Shown here one piece after another: positions 10,802-24,078 of a stretch of DNA of 64,000 nucleotides; position 1 is the first letter of the stretch; each line of letters opens with the position of its first letter. The stretch is taken from the sequence record PP337211, one strand, 5' to 3'. Made by a program: the position numbers and the translations under genes. The notes under the pieces were generated by a model. That model was not told the DNA's origin, searched no databases, and was given only the letters and a program-made list of their open reading frames with translations. The DNA comes from Escherichia phage ERS-1.

Positions 10802-11336
10802 TAATAGCCTTGGTCTTGATGAGTGAAGTTTTTAGCATTTTTCAGATAATAAAGTTTAAAGATTTCTTCAGCTGACATTCCAAGAGCAATGAATTTATTC
10901 ATGAAAAAGTGAAATTGGTCAATTAGTTCAAATTTAATTTCAAGTTGATCTTTAGGAGATAAATCTTCTAAATTTATCTTTGGATTGCATTTCAGAATAA
11001 CGTTTCTTCCAAGGTTTCCATACAGCAGAAGCTTCTTTTTGCCATTGCTCATACCACCAAAGAAGTATATAGCTCGCTGTGAGTTTTGTTGTGATATAAT
11101 GTCTTGGTTTCGCAGCCAAGCAAGAACTTCTCCCGCAGTTTCAAGTGAATCGGGATGACGATTTGTTTCTGGTTTATCGTTAGCCAAACGAATCTGTAAA
11201 TGCCGCTGCATGTCAAGCATAACCTGCAATGGGTCAATACTGTGCATACATATATAGCATATGCACGATTTGCTTTATCAACACCTTCGATCAAATGAGC
11301 ACATTCATTAAAGTAAGCCATTATTTTTCCTTTCAA
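10801..11336 (-). CDS. 56: dCTP/dUTP pyrophosphatase (MazG-like dCTPase gp56), one frameshift
   Basis: Two overlapping ORFs (11049-11336 N-terminal, 10801-11247 C-terminal) covering ~175 codons; T4 synteny between dam and soc; total length matches gp56. Confidence 0.7.
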
Positions 11337-11356
11337 TTCATCAATAAGTTAAATAA

Positions 11357-12172
<816 letters not shown>

Positions 12173-12413
12173 TCATTTATTGCAGCAAAAAACGAATTAT
12201 ATAATTCTTCGTCATATGTATTTGATAGTAATACTAACACGTTTTGTGATTTAGCATATTCATTAAACCTTGCTTGGATAGTTGGATTATCAGTAAATGA
12301 TTCTCTTTTTGTCCATTTATTACGCGGATAATATCCGCATGGCAAAAAATCTAATATCATCAATGACACAGGGTTTTCAGTTTTTGTGTATTCTTTTAAT
12401 TTCTCTTTATCTT

Positions 12414-12725
12414 CTAAATATATTCCAACCGAATCAATAGCTGTACCTCCACCAACTTGATGTTTGAATTTTCAATTATATGCTTTTTACCGTTGCGAGA
12501 AATAACAATATCAAATCTTCTAGTACGCTTCTTAGTTATAAAATTAGAACAAAACAAATTATTTGATTTTTCAGTATCATCGGTTAAAACCATTTTTTCT
12601 TGATAATTAACTGAACAATCAGTGAAATATTCTTTTACTTTATTAAGTATGAAATTTTCAACTACGGCAGATATTTTATATGAATCTCCGTTTAAAGCCA
12701 TTTCATGCACAATTTTATTAATCAT
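12414..12725 (-). CDS. Hypothetical protein
   Basis: 103-aa ORF between gene 61 and dam. Confidence 0.3.
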   Translation of the reverse strand: MINKIVHEMALNGDSYKISAVVENFILNKVKEYFTDCSVNYQEKMVLTDDTEKSNNLFCSNFITKKRTRRFDIVISRNGKKHIIENSNIKLVEVQLLIRLEYI

Positions 12726-13014
12726 TATATCATCCTCAGCAATTTATTTTATAATACCATAACAAGCTGAGAAAGTAAACAAATTTATGATAAATATTAA
12801 TTTAAAGGAGGACATATGGTACAAAAATTAATGGCACTTGTTAATGCCATAAAAGGTAATAAAAAACGTATAGCTTTTACTATTTCTGCTATGGTAGGAA
12901 TTTTACTTTGGAATTTTATTTTATCGCCAGTTGCTATTGCTCATGGTGTTAATATTCCAGTAATTACTCATTTGATACATTCGTAGATTTAGCATTTGCT
13001 TTGGTTGGGTTAAT

Positions 13015-14042
13015 TTAAATCTTAGCATATTTAGATAGCCGCATTTTAGCCATCAACCCCTGGGCAATATTATTTTTCATATATTCCATAATTTGTTTAG
13101 GGGTTGCACCTTCCTTTCTAATCATATCATTAACATCTTTTGATTTCCAGGGAGATTTATCCCAAAACATAACCCTTTCTCCTGCATCAACTAATTTAGT
13201 CATTCGTTTAATAGTGTCAGGGTGACGGGGTTCATTATCTAAAACCCACACACGTCTATCTTTAAATGGAACAATTTCTAGGTCTAATTGACTGCCCGTA
13301 ATAGCTATACCATTTTCAATAAAAAGTGAATCTATAGGTCCTTCTAGAACATATACATCACCATCTTTGACTGTTCAACTCCATAAATTTTTGTTGCCTC
13401 AGGATAAGCTTTGATGGTGATATATTTTTGAGGAGCATCTTTCTTTAATGCACGTCCTTGAAAAGACTCAGGCTTTTCCATTAGCATTATAAATTGGAAT
13501 AACAAGACGAGGCTCAGAAATTTCCTTTTTATATGTTCCCGGTGCTATGCTATTAACCAATTTAGGCCATTCGGTTGTAAACCAAAGATATTTCCATTTA
13601 TCCTTTGGAATACAACGAGCTTTTACATATTTTATAATTGGATGGTCTTCCGCCAGTTTATCTAATCTAACACATGACGGAAGAGATTTAATTATTTTCT
13701 TCTCAGGTTGTTTAGGAAGTTCTTTAGGTTTTTCTACTGGACGACTTTTACCTTTTTCTTTTCTTATTTCAAAGATATACTCACGATATAAATCAGGTTC
13801 AAACTCCTTTAAATATATTCCGATTGGTGCATGATAGTTACAGTTATAACAATGAATATTTCCTTCATTATTATCACCATAATACCATCCACGGGCTTTA
13901 TTTTGGTGGTTTTTGAATCTCCACAAACAGGACATCTAAACCGCAATTTAAAAGTTGAACTATTATTTACTTGTGTGAATTTAGGTAAATGAGCTAATGC
14001 ACGGTATGTGAACTCATTATCAATCCAAGGTATTGATGACAT
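13015..14042 (-). CDS. 61: DNA primase gp61, frame-disrupted into three ORFs
   Basis: N-terminal zinc-binding region (CPVCGDS at 13809-14042; HCYNCNYH at 13468-13935); combined length ~342 codons as in T4; located upstream of sp/dmd/41. Confidence 0.8.
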
Positions 14043-14219
14043 TTTTACTCTTCTTTTTCTTTAGATTTCTCTTTTTTTTTTAGGAATCTGTTCAGGACCT
14101 TTATTTATTACAGCGCCTGATGTTGTTCCAGTAGAGATATTTTCAGGATTACCACCTGAATCTCCAGCGACCATATCTTCTTTGATAAATTCTTTATATG
14201 TTTTCATATTAACCTCTAA

Positions 14220-14513
14220 TTATTCACCTACCACTTCAGCGATGATATTTTTATTATTAAAGTTTTTATCGCAATACAGAACATAATTATACTGCATTAC
14301 ACCACCAGACTTAAGCTGTTTTTGCACTTCAGCTTTCATTTCAGGACGATCACGCTCAACGATATTCATAATATCTGCTTCAATTTGAGTTTCAACCTCA
14401 GTCTGATCTGCAGTCATAGACCATTCGCACAAATCTTTATCATAACCTGCCATAGCAGGCTGAGCAGCACAAGAAGCTAAAGCAAAAATTGCAGCAAAGA
14501 TAAATTTTTTCAT
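14220..14513 (-). CDS. sp: Spackle periplasmic protein (Sp) with signal peptide
   Basis: 97-aa ORF MKKFIFAAIFALASCAAQPAMAGYDKDLCEW..; cleavable signal peptide; size and position as T4 sp. Confidence 0.7.
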   Translation of the reverse strand: MKKFIFAAIFALASCAAQPAMAGYDKDLCEWSMTADQTEVETQIEADIMNIVERDRPEMKAEVQKQLKSGGVMQYNYVLYCDKNFNNKNIIAEVVGE

Positions 14514-14573
14514 GATAATCTCCTCAGTAGTTTATGTTTATATAGTATCTCAATTTCCAACAAAAGTAAACAG

Positions 14574-14873
14574 TTATTTTAAAATTTCTGCGTAATCACA
14601 TGTTACAAACTGTTTCTCTAACTTGACGATTTTACGAAAGTATCTTTTGCATTGACGAATCTGCCGCTTCGTAGGACGCACAGCAAACTTAATAAATTCC
14701 ACTCGACCAAATGGAGGACTTTCTTCTGCTGGAATATCTAACACCAATTCCCACGTATCTGCAATAAGTGCTTTGAATTGAGTATTTTTCCTGACGCTAT
14801 ACGGTGTAGGTTTAAATAAAACAATATGCATATTATCCTCGGCAATCCACTTCGCATACTTTCTTGTCATCAA
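14574..14873 (-). CDS. Hypothetical protein (61.x position)
   Basis: 99-aa ORF between dmd and sp. Confidence 0.3.
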   Translation of the reverse strand: MMTRKYAKWIAEDNMHIVLFKPTPYSVRKNTQFKALIADTWELVLDIPAEESPPFGRVEFIKFAVRPTKRQIRQCKRYFRKIVKLEKQFVTCDYAEILK

Positions 14874-15018
14874 TGAAAGCTTTAACTAGTGCTTTATTAA
14901 CTTCAGCATATTGAGCAGTAGCCCATTGAACGTCATCTTTCATCATTGTGATTTCTTTAGTAAACATGCTTTTTTCGTTCTTAAACCACCCCATAAAAAC
15001 TACCTTTACCAATTCCAT
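14833..15018 (-). CDS. dmd: Dmd (discriminator of mRNA degradation; antitoxin against RnlA/LsoA)
   Basis: 61-aa ORF MELVKVVFMGWFKNEKSMFTKEITMMKDDVQWATAQYAEVNKALVKAFIDDKK..; size (60 aa in T4) and position immediately downstream of gene 41. Confidence 0.6.
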   Translation of the reverse strand: MELVKVVFMGWFKNEKSMFTKEITMMKDDVQWATAQYAEVNKALVKAFIDDKKVCEVDCRG

Positions 15019-15076
15019 AACAATCTCCTCATTTAACCGACAAGACTACTATACCATAATCTTGTCGGCTTGTAAA

Positions 15077-16509
15077 CTAAAATTTTAATTCATTCGCTAA
15101 AGCATCTAACTGAGCTCGAGCAGATTCGTTTCTTTGATAGCGATTCTGTTCAGCCTGAATCTGCTGTGAACCTGCTACTTCGTTCACTTCAGTTGGAGTA
15201 GAATCTTGCTCAATTTCTACCCATTTCTGATTTCCTTTTTGAACACCCATCAAAAACTTATTCCATTTGTTCTTATCACCATATCGTGATTTGATTTGCT
15301 TAATGAGTTGTTGTTCAGCAGCTGCTAGCTCCTCGGTTTCAATGACCGCAAGCATAAAATCGGCTGTTGCTGGAAGACCGGCAGATTCTGCAATATCGCT
15401 CATGTTAACATCAGAAGAGTCCCAAGCTTGCTTACCAACCTGTGCTGCAGTCCAAAGAACAGTTTCGGTTTCAAACAGCCAGAGCACGCAATTCTTCTGC
15501 GATGGCTTTAACAGTTGTGTAACTATTTTCTGAATAAACTCTGATGCGGCAAGATTTACAAATACCCAGATAGTCAACAATAATGATTGTTGGAACAAAA
15601 TTCTTCTTGAGCTTCAATTCGTTCAAAAGAGAACGAAATGTATTAGCGTCTGCTCCACCAGTAGGATATTGCTTAACGATTAAACGTCCAAGAGTAGATT
15701 TCTCACGCCATTTTTCCATTTTTCCTTTATATTCAGCGTAAGAAATATGCCCATCATCAATGTCATCAAGAGAAACGTCAAGCATGTTAGCGTCAATACG
15801 TTTAGCACAGACTTCTTCTGCCATTTCCATGGAAATGTAAAGAACATTATGTCCGAGCTGCAAATAATCTGCTGCCAATGAACACAGACCTAATGACTTA
15901 CCAACGTTAACACCAGCCATTAAAACGTTCAGTGTTCCAGTTTCAGCTCCGCCTTTAGTAATTTTATTTAGAAGTTTTTGAGTTTAAATGGAACCTTACG
16001 AGCTTTATTCATATAAGATAGCCAACGTGCTTCGTAGTCATCCATCCAATCATGACCAACGTAGCTATCAAATGAAATTGATAATGCTTGACGCATGATG
16101 TCAGGAATAGCACCTACATCTGGCATTTTCTTATTTCGTTTTTCTGGAGGAAGCTCAGCATTAGTTTGAATTTCAATTATTTTAGACGTAGCATTAAACA
16201 TCGCCCTTTGCTGAACATATTTTTCTGTTTCTTTTACTAACCAGCTGTGGTCTTCTGGAGAATCAGCTAGTTTTGAAATAAGTGTTTTTACACCAGAATA
16301 TTCTGTTTCAGTAAATGAACTATTTTCTAATGCAACATTTAACGCATTAATAGATGGAACGCTATGGTATTCATTAACATGAGATTTAATTAATTTGAAT
16401 GTATTTTTAGCTGGACCACTTTCAAAATATTCTGAATCCATATATGGCCAAACTTTTGAAAAATAAGCTTGATCAGAAATATGAGATGAGAAAGAATAAT
16501 TTCTACCAC
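15077..16509 (-). CDS. 41: Replicative DnaB-like helicase gp41, frame-disrupted (at least 3 frames)
   Basis: ORFs 15968-16441, 15471-15920 (Walker A GVNVGKSLG) and 15077-15598 match consecutive parts of recalled T4 gp41; a 1-nt insertion is visible near codon 12 relative to the recalled T4 N-terminus. Confidence 0.85.
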
Positions 16510-16846
16510 ACTTACTCCTTAAAAGAATTTAAATTTTTTCTTTGACCTTTTATTAAATGCATCTTGTAGTTGCATTGTAATACATTTTTCTACATGAGGA
16601 GCTAACTCAGCTTTTCTTTCTTTTTCAAGAACAGCAAAGTTTGATTACTGCTTTTCCATCAACCCAATCTAATTTTTTACATACACAATTTGTGTAGAAC
16701 CATTTTCTGTTTAATGACAATTTCCTGGATAACATTTTCCATGGTTTAATTATCTAAGAGATTCATTAAAGTTTTTTTCTTTTCTTTCTCTCTCCCCTGT
16801 TTTTTTTTCATTTCATAATTTCTAGATCTAAATCTAAATCATCTTT

Positions 16847-18027
16847 ATTCATTAAATTCTTCCATATCACTTAACTGATCTAGGTCAGTTTCTAAATCAG
16901 CTGCTGATTTACTTTTACTTTCTGGAGATTTAAATTTTTCAACCTTTGAGTTAATCAATTCATCAACTTCCAGCTTCAACAATTTCATTACTATCAATAG
17001 CACCTAACTGATAAGCACGTTTAATAGCGTCTCGGAATGGTTGATGCTTAAATAAAGGACCCCAGAATGTAGTGCAGTTGGTATCTTTTGCACGCCAAGA
17101 TTTTTCTTCGCGAATCATCTCGCCGGTTTCTTCGTCAAGAAATTCACGAGCATACCAGCCATTTTTAGGTTTTACCACAAATCCTAATTCAAGAGCCATA
17201 TCTAACAATCCAGAATAAGGATCGATACCACCGTCAAATTTAACATCAATAAAGAATTTACTTTTTTCTTTAACGGTACGAGATTTTTCTACATTTAGAA
17301 CAAATTGATACCCCTGAAGATCAGAACCATCTTTAATCTGGCGCTTACCGATAATGAATACAGTATCAGCCGAATACATTACGCCTGTACCACCTGTCAT
17401 CACGGTTTTACTAAACATTTCAATTTTTTCAATTGTATGGTTAACCGCAACACATGGAATATTTTTAATGCTAAAATAAGGAGTAACAATACGGAATAAT
17501 GACTTCAGTGATTTAGCACGAGTCATATCTGCCACAGATTTTTCATTCAAGGCATCTTCCGTTTCTTTCTTAGAAGCCATATTACCAATTGAGTCGATGA
17601 ATACAATAACTTTTTCACCACGCTCAATAGCTTCAAGCTGATTCACCATATCAATTTTCAGCTGTTCAACTGACTGGATTGGTGTATGAATTACTCGTTC
17701 CGGGTCAACTCCCATGGATCGCAAATAAGCTGGAGTAATACCAAATTCGCTATCATAGAATAGACAAACCGCGTCAGGATATTTGTTCAAATACGCCGCA
17801 ACCATAGTCAAAGACATATTTGATTTAAAGTGTTTAGAAGGACCTGCAAAAATGGTTAAACCAGACTGCATACCGCCATCAATCGCACCAGAAATAGCGA
17901 TATTGAGCATTGGAATTTTTGTACGGATTACATCCTTTTCATTAAAGAATTTAGATGTAGTCAGTTCAGCAGTCATTTTAGAAGTGGAAGCTTTAATCAA
18001 ACGGGATTTTAAATCTGCAATAGACAT
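16847..18027 (-). CDS. uvsX: UvsX RecA-like recombinase, C-terminal frameshift
   Basis: 354-aa ORF MSIADLKSRLIKASTSK..GPSKHFKS.. (Walker A) matching T4 UvsX; acidic C-terminal tail (..LSDMEEFNE) continues in another frame to ~16847. Confidence 0.9.
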
Positions 18028-18104
18028 TCATTTTTTCCATAGGCATCATTATATTTTCCTCACTGGTTAAAGATAGGGTAATTATAACACAATAAATTTA
18101 GGCA

Positions 18105-18955
18105 TTAATCAACTGCTATTGGATGAATAGCATTAAACTTATGAAATGCTTCTGATTTTTCTTTGCGCGAAACACACATACGAAGAACCTTTAATGGCTC
18201 GTCTTCTTCACCCAACGATTTTCTCTTTTCGATATTCGATGTTTTCCAACGAGCTTGCTCTGGAAATTCTCTATTGATTTGCTCAAGCGCTCTATTATGT
18301 TTAGAATTACTACGAATTGAACTACACCCGCCAGGAGCTTGTGATTTTCCAGATACAACCAAATATTTGAACAAGGCCAAATGCGGATAACCTTGATTAA
18401 TTAAATTGAGAAATGCATACATATCTTCGCATAAATCAATTTTTCCATACCCAATTTGTTCTGTTGTTTAAGTTTTCCGAGGTCATACCAGGTATTCGTG
18501 AATCCATATGAATTTTCACGATAATTACCCCAAGATGAAGTAATTTTAAAAATTGGTAGACGAGCATGACCGTGATAATACCCGCAATCCATTGCATCCT
18601 CAACGTATTGAATTAATTCATAGAATTGCTCACGAGTCAATTGATTGACTTTATCTACACGCCGTTTATCGTCTCTCTTTCGTATTGAACTCATACGAAT
18701 AGTAGTATCATCATCAATCATCCAGATTCGTTGACCTGCATACATATCAGTAATTGCTTTACGAGTACCAGCAATTCCGTTAACATCATCAGGAATAGTT
18801 ATAATTTTAGCTCTAGACCCGTAAGCGTCATAATAAGCTTTTTCTTCGTGTTCACGTACTACAATATGAGGTTCATAATCAGTCGGAAACATATCAAGGG
18901 CAGAAACTGCCCCGACACGCTGATAACTTGGAATTACGAATTGAATCATTTCCAC
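18105..18955 (-). CDS. GT-A fold (family-2-like) glycosyltransferase at the locus where T4 carries beta-glucosyltransferase; split into two ORFs
   Basis: N-terminal VIPSYQR and DxD motif (RIWMIDDDTT); ~280 codons; does not resemble the T4 bgt N-terminus as I recall it. Confidence 0.5.
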
Positions 18956-19685
18956 TCACCGTTATAATCTTTTTATAATATGAGTTTTCACCAGTGTTCC
19001 ACCAATGGTCAACTAAATAAAACTGATTTTCGTACACATGAAGACTTCCAACGTTCCATATAATAGAACCTGCTTTATATTGCCGCGATGGGTCGCCTGC
19101 ATTCAAATCAGATACTAATTTATCTAGTACGTATTTTTGCCATGCATAATCATTACGATAGCCTGCCCAGCAGTCATTGCTTCTCATATTAACAACTGCA
19201 TTGACTTTCTTGTCACGAATCAGATACTGTACTGTATTCGTACACATGAAATCTGACATACCATCTTTATTGTAGTCAAACTGCATGGATGGACGAGTAT
19301 AAATCATGATACCACGCCGAGAATCAGGATTTTGACCAAGCTCAGCTAAACACATATCATACTGGGCATAGTTATCTTCTGACCAGATGGCCCAACCATA
19401 ATTCGAGTTAATTTCGCCTTTAGAAGATGCTACCTGTTGCCAAATCTTTGGTGTTTCACCTGGAATATCTTTAACAAACAGACTTTGAGACTTATACCAT
19501 TCAAGTTCACGTTGAATGTATTCATCATTAAGAGCGCCAAAAATAAACGGTTCATCTGCTACAAATGATGCACCAATAATTTCAATAGTTTTAACACCAG
19601 TTTTATCAACTACGAAATCTTTTTCCTTTAATGCAAGCCCCAAATGAAGACGGATTTCTTCAACTGTCATAGAGTCACTAATCAT
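18894..19685 (-). CDS. 42: dCMP hydroxymethylase gp42 (C-terminal frameshift extends the ORF)
   Basis: MISDSMTVEEIRLHLGLALKEKDFVVDKTG.. matches recalled T4 gp42; thymidylate-synthase-like fold residues present; T4 gp42 is 246 aa so the true stop is probably near 18945. Confidence 0.85.
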   Translation of the reverse strand: MISDSMTVEEIRLHLGLALKEKDFVVDKTGVKTIEIIGASFVADEPFIFGALNDEYIQRELEWYKSQSLFVKDIPGETPKIWQQVASSKGEINSNYGWAIWSEDNYAQYDMCLAELGQNPDSRRGIMIYTRPSMQFDYNKDGMSDFMCTNTVQYLIRDKKVNAVVNMRSNDCWAGYRNDYAWQKYVLDKLVSDLNAGDPSRQYKAGSIIWNVGSLHVYENQFYLVDHWWNTGENSYYKKIITVSGNDSIRNSKLSACRGSFCP

Positions 19686-19861
19686 TTAAACCTCAATTGA
19701 TACATTCATATTTAACTTGTAACAGTAATAAACCCCAACCTATAATAAGTGTCGGAATCATACAAGGAACCGTTACGCTATAGTATATACTTATTATAAT
19801 CATCAAGATTAAAAGCAATACTGTTAAAATTTTGCTTTTCATTCCTTCTCTCTGATGATAA

Positions 19862-20092
19862 TTACTTGGTTTTGTTGTGCAGATTTTTTAGTTTCACCTG
19901 CAATTGACCAAATAAAGGTAATAAACCAACCAATAATTGACCAATTAAACAGTAAAGATGTGAAAAAAAGATTCCTACTGTCGATTTTGACCCGCGCATC
20001 AAGGCGATGAACCACGGAAGCATGTATATAATAATAGCCAACACGCCTGAAACTAAAACCATAAAAATTGAACCTGCTACTAAAGTTTCCAT
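19862..20092 (-). CDS. imm: Small polytopic membrane protein; Imm (superinfection immunity) by position
   Basis: 76-aa ORF with two hydrophobic helices; located between 42 and 43 as imm in T4. Confidence 0.45.
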   Translation of the reverse strand: METLVAGSIFMVLVSGVLAIIIYMLPWFIALMRGSKSTVGIFFSHLYCLIGQLLVGLLPLFGQLQVKLKNLHNKTK

Positions 20093-20099
20093 GTTTTCC

Positions 20100-20465
20100 T
20101 CACTTAGTCAAATTTTTTACACATGAATTATAAGAATTCACTACATACTCCATTGGAGCATTTTTACCAGTACGCCATTGGTAATTATTAGCCCAATTAG
20201 CCCAAAGTTCAGCACAGTAGTTTTCAATTTTTTCTTCGCGTGTAATTACATCTGAATTACGATATGCTTGAGCAGATTCATCTGGACGAATAGCTTCGTC
20301 AAAATTCGCCTGCATTTGTTCTACTGTCTGTTTTGGAGCTTCTTTATAACACTTAACATTAGGATTATAAAATTTGCTTGAACAATTTACAATTTTTCCT
20401 GCATCAGACTGATTTACTACTGGTCCTTGAGCTACACAGCCAGTAAGACCCAATGTAATAACCAA
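20100..20465 (-). CDS. Putative lipoprotein (imm.1 position)
   Basis: 121-aa ORF starting MVITLGLTGCVAQG (lipobox-like LTGC). Confidence 0.35.
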   Translation of the reverse strand: MVITLGLTGCVAQGPVVNQSDAGKIVNCSSKFYNPNVKCYKEAPKQTVEQMQANFDEAIRPDESAQAYRNSDVITREEKIENYCAELWANWANNYQWRTGKNAPMEYVVNSYNSCVKNLTK

Positions 20466-20492
20466 AGGATAGCAATTTTCATAATAATTTCC

Positions 20493-20750
20493 TCAAATAC
20501 AAGTAGTAATTACTCCAGTAGTGCTTACACAGGTATTACCTAATTGAACACCAAGCGTTCCATTAGTATTCATATGAAGATTATCATCAATTTTTGTTGA
20601 TACTTTACCATTCATGTGAATAACAGTATTAGATTCAATCACATTCTGAGTGTCATTTTCAATATCAATAAATGGAACAGCTGCTAATGCAACTAGAACA
20701 ACTGCTAATGCAACTAAACACGCTGCTAAACAACCATAAACAATTTTCAT
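20493..20750 (-). CDS. Putative membrane protein (43.1 position)
   Basis: Hydrophobic helix MKIVYGCLAACLVALAVVLVALAAVPF within ORF 20493-20939; true start uncertain. Confidence 0.3.
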   Translation of the reverse strand: MKIVYGCLAACLVALAVVLVALAAVPFIDIENDTQNVIESNTVIHMNGKVSTKIDDNLHMNTNGTLGVQLGNTCVSTTGVITTCI

Positions 20751-20931
20751 TTTATTCTCCAAATCCGTATCAGTTGATAGTTGTATAGTACCATGGAAGA
20801 ACAGAGATGTAAACCGTTTTGTGAAAAAATTTTTAATGAATTTACAGGACCTAGAATCATCTATTTTTCCTAAGTATAGATTTATATTACTTGTATGAAA
20901 AAGGGACCTGGAGGTCCCTAGATTTATTCTA

Positions 20932-23630
20932 TCAGCCAAACAGGAAGTCTAACGAAGCTTTTTCCTCATAGTCCATACCTGCCGATTCACACATACCCGC
21001 AAGTGGTTTAACAAACGATTTTTGGAACAAAGTTGAGTAGTCAATCCAAGACAGTACGTCAGAACGAATTTCTTTTGGAAGTTCTGTGCCTGATGGCCAA
21101 GCAATGCACTTGTCACCAAATGGATTTCCTTCACGTAATGGAAGAACCATTACCTTATTTCCATCCAAAATTGGAGCTACACCTAAACCACTAACAGCTC
21201 GACGATAAGTTAGTACGCCACGAATATGGAACGGGCATTTAAATCCTGGCCAACCTTTATCATCATATTTCGCTATATCGTTCGCAGTTTTTACTTCAGC
21301 AATAACTTTATAGTCAAGTTGACGATATTCTTTCTCAAAGTTCTTGTAGTATTCTTGGACAGACTCTTCACCTTCCTGAAGAATACGACGAATACTTTCT
21401 TCGAGAGCTTCTTGTACTGCTTTTGGTGTTGAACTCTGTTGAGTTTCCATACCCATAATTTTTAGATGCGGTTCAGCAAATCGTTTATCTTCCATATCAT
21501 AAACGTTCAGAGCATAACGTTTTTTCGCTTTCCAAAATCCACCAACACCCTTTGAACCAAGCGGAGGGCAAGAAATAGCTTCACGGTCCATATGCATCAG
21601 ATGCTCGCGGTTATTCATATAATCACATAACTCACGATATGCAACATCAATCATAGGTTCCATCTTTTTCTTACCAAACTGATTCATGAATTCAACTAAA
21701 TCATTTTGTTCTTTAAAGCGGTCAAGACCTACTTTTTCAATTACTTTATCTACACAAACATATACCGAATCAGTATCACCTGCTGCGATGAAATCTTCAC
21801 CATTAGTTCCACATACTTTATTCAGATATTCATTAATTTTGCGAGCAATCCACTGAATACCGACTTGACCGAAAATTGTGATAGCAGTAGCATTTCGCAA
21901 ATCATAGTAACGGAAATGAATATTACCAAGAGCACCATAAAGACTGTTAATAAGAATTTTACGGTTTCAGCTGATTTGTGTTAGCAAGTGTAGCGGCTTT
22001 TTCACATTCTTCAATCAGACTATTGAGAACAGATTCGGTGTAATTCGATAATTCGTTTAAGAAATCATCACTGAACTTAACATATCGTTCAACTTCTGGT
22101 TTAGTTGAACAAGACCCTGCACCTTTCATAATAATCTTTTTAATAGCTTCGGCATTCATTTCTTCAGCGAACATTTTCTTTTCCAATCTTTACGCTGGAA
22201 AAATACTTTAGCGATTTCCTTTGGAATGATACCTTCTTGGTGCTTATCATACATCCATCCATTCGGAGAGCAAGAATATTCATCACTTGGCTTAGGAGCT
22301 GTTCCTGCGATATATTCATGAATTGGATGAACTTTAAACTGCCCACGAATAGTCTCAGGACTAATGTTAACCTGACGAATAATGCTAGGATACAGAGACG
22401 TCAAGTCAAAACTCATAATGTATCGACGAGCAATCGGTTTAGGTTCAAACACAAATGCACCTGGCAAAAACTGTTTAACGTGCGAACCTTGTTGAGGAAT
22501 AACCTTATGTTCACCTTTCAGTGAGTTAAAAATAATAGCATCCCAAGTTTTAATAGGACTCATTACACCAGAAAAAGGCATTTTAGCATAATAAGACATA
22601 CTTAAAACTAGATCGATAAACCCACGAATTTTATCAATTGCTTGAACTGATTCTACGTCAATGATGTTATAACTAATGTATCGTTGATGATTAGTCTCAC
22701 GAAGTTTATTAATAGGACCGTCGTATGGTAATTTACCTTTTTTGGTTTCATGTTGAGCAACTGATTCCAAAGAGAATGACGGCAAATTAGTAAATGCGAA
22801 TTTCTTGTACAAATCTAAATAATCAAGAATAGATACGCCATCAATAGAATAAATTTCTTTGCTACCGTACACATTTTGAATTAGTTTAGATTTTACACGA
22901 CCGATTGGAGAGAAACGTTTCATACTGCGTTCACCCAGAATCATTTTAACGCGATTCATGATATATATGGAACGTCAAACCCCTCAATATTCCAACCTGT
23001 AAAAATAGCAGGTCGTTTCTGTTCCCAGAGATTGATATATTCCATGAGCATATCACGCTCATTATCGAACGGCATATAAATTACTGGTCAAGAATTTCTT
23101 GAGGAACTTCATCACCACCTTCACAGTCAAGCTTAGCAGCTAACTTTGCATCCCATTTTGATACTGAACCGTACATTGAATTCAAAAGGTCGAAAACATA
23201 AAAACGATCATCAATTGAATCGTAATGAGTGATAGCATCAATTTCATATTCTGCTTTCATTGGGTCAGGAAATTTATCACCAGTAACCTCAATGTCACAG
23301 TTAGCTATACGAACAAATTTTCGGTCATAAATAATTTCTGAACCATATGTATCACTGATATAAGCGAGTTTAAAATCGTTCATACCGAGAGCTTCGAGAC
23401 CGATGTCTTCCATTTGTTTCATCCAATCTCGTGCATCTTTCATTGATGGAAATTTTTGAGGAGCACAAGTTTTTACCATAAATGTCTTTGTATTTTGACT
23501 CTTCCTTACAATGCCTAAACATAGTTGGAAGATATTCTACTTCACGAGTACGTTCCTTTCCGTTTTCATCAATATAACGTTCAACAATGTTATTTCCGAC
23601 TGTTTCAATAGAGATATAAAATTCTTTCAT
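20932..23630 (-). CDS. 43: Family B DNA polymerase gp43, reading frame broken ~5 times
   Basis: ORFs 23370-23630 (MKEFYISIETVGNNIVERY..), 23081-23479, 22156-22959, 21959-22186 and 20932-21900 (..DTDSVYV.. polymerase motif C, KKRY) follow the T4 gp43 sequence in order; 3'-5' exonuclease (FDIE) and polymerase motifs present. Confidence 0.95.
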
Positions 23631-23708
23631 AGATATTCCTTAGTTTATAGCCCGAGTTATTAGGCTCTTGATATATTATACTCCAAATAAGGGGCCGAAG
23701 CCCCTTGC

Positions 23709-24077
23709 TTAATTACCAATCGTATATTTAGGAACGAGTTTCCATTCATGTTTTTGTTTAAAAGAAATAACTCGGAAGTTATTAGTTAAATCTTTCATAA
23801 AAGTTCTTTGACCAGGAACGATTTCAATCAGTCCCCAATCTTCTAACAGCCATGCAATCGAATCACGACGAACTTCATCTTCTTCTGTCATTTCAACTTG
23901 ACGACCATCCATACGAAGCATTTCTTTAAAATGAACGATATAGTATAGTCCTTTTTTCTGAAGAATGTGGCAGGACTGATACAGAACTTTATCTTTATTA
24001 TTAGCAATTCCCATACGAGTCAAGGTTTCTTTTACTTTCAGAAAATCTTCAGGTTTTTTAAGAGTAATTTCAATCAT
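23709..24077 (-). CDS. regA: Translational repressor RegA
   Basis: Intact 122-aa ORF MIEITLKKPEDFLKVKETLTRMGIANNKDKVLYQSCHILQKKGLYYIVHFKEM.. matching T4 RegA in sequence, length and position. Confidence 0.85.
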   Translation of the reverse strand: MIEITLKKPEDFLKVKETLTRMGIANNKDKVLYQSCHILQKKGLYYIVHFKEMLRMDGRQVEMTEEDEVRRDSIAWLLEDWGLIEIVPGQRTFMKDLTNNFRVISFKQKHEWKLVPKYTIGN

Positions 24078-24078
24078 T

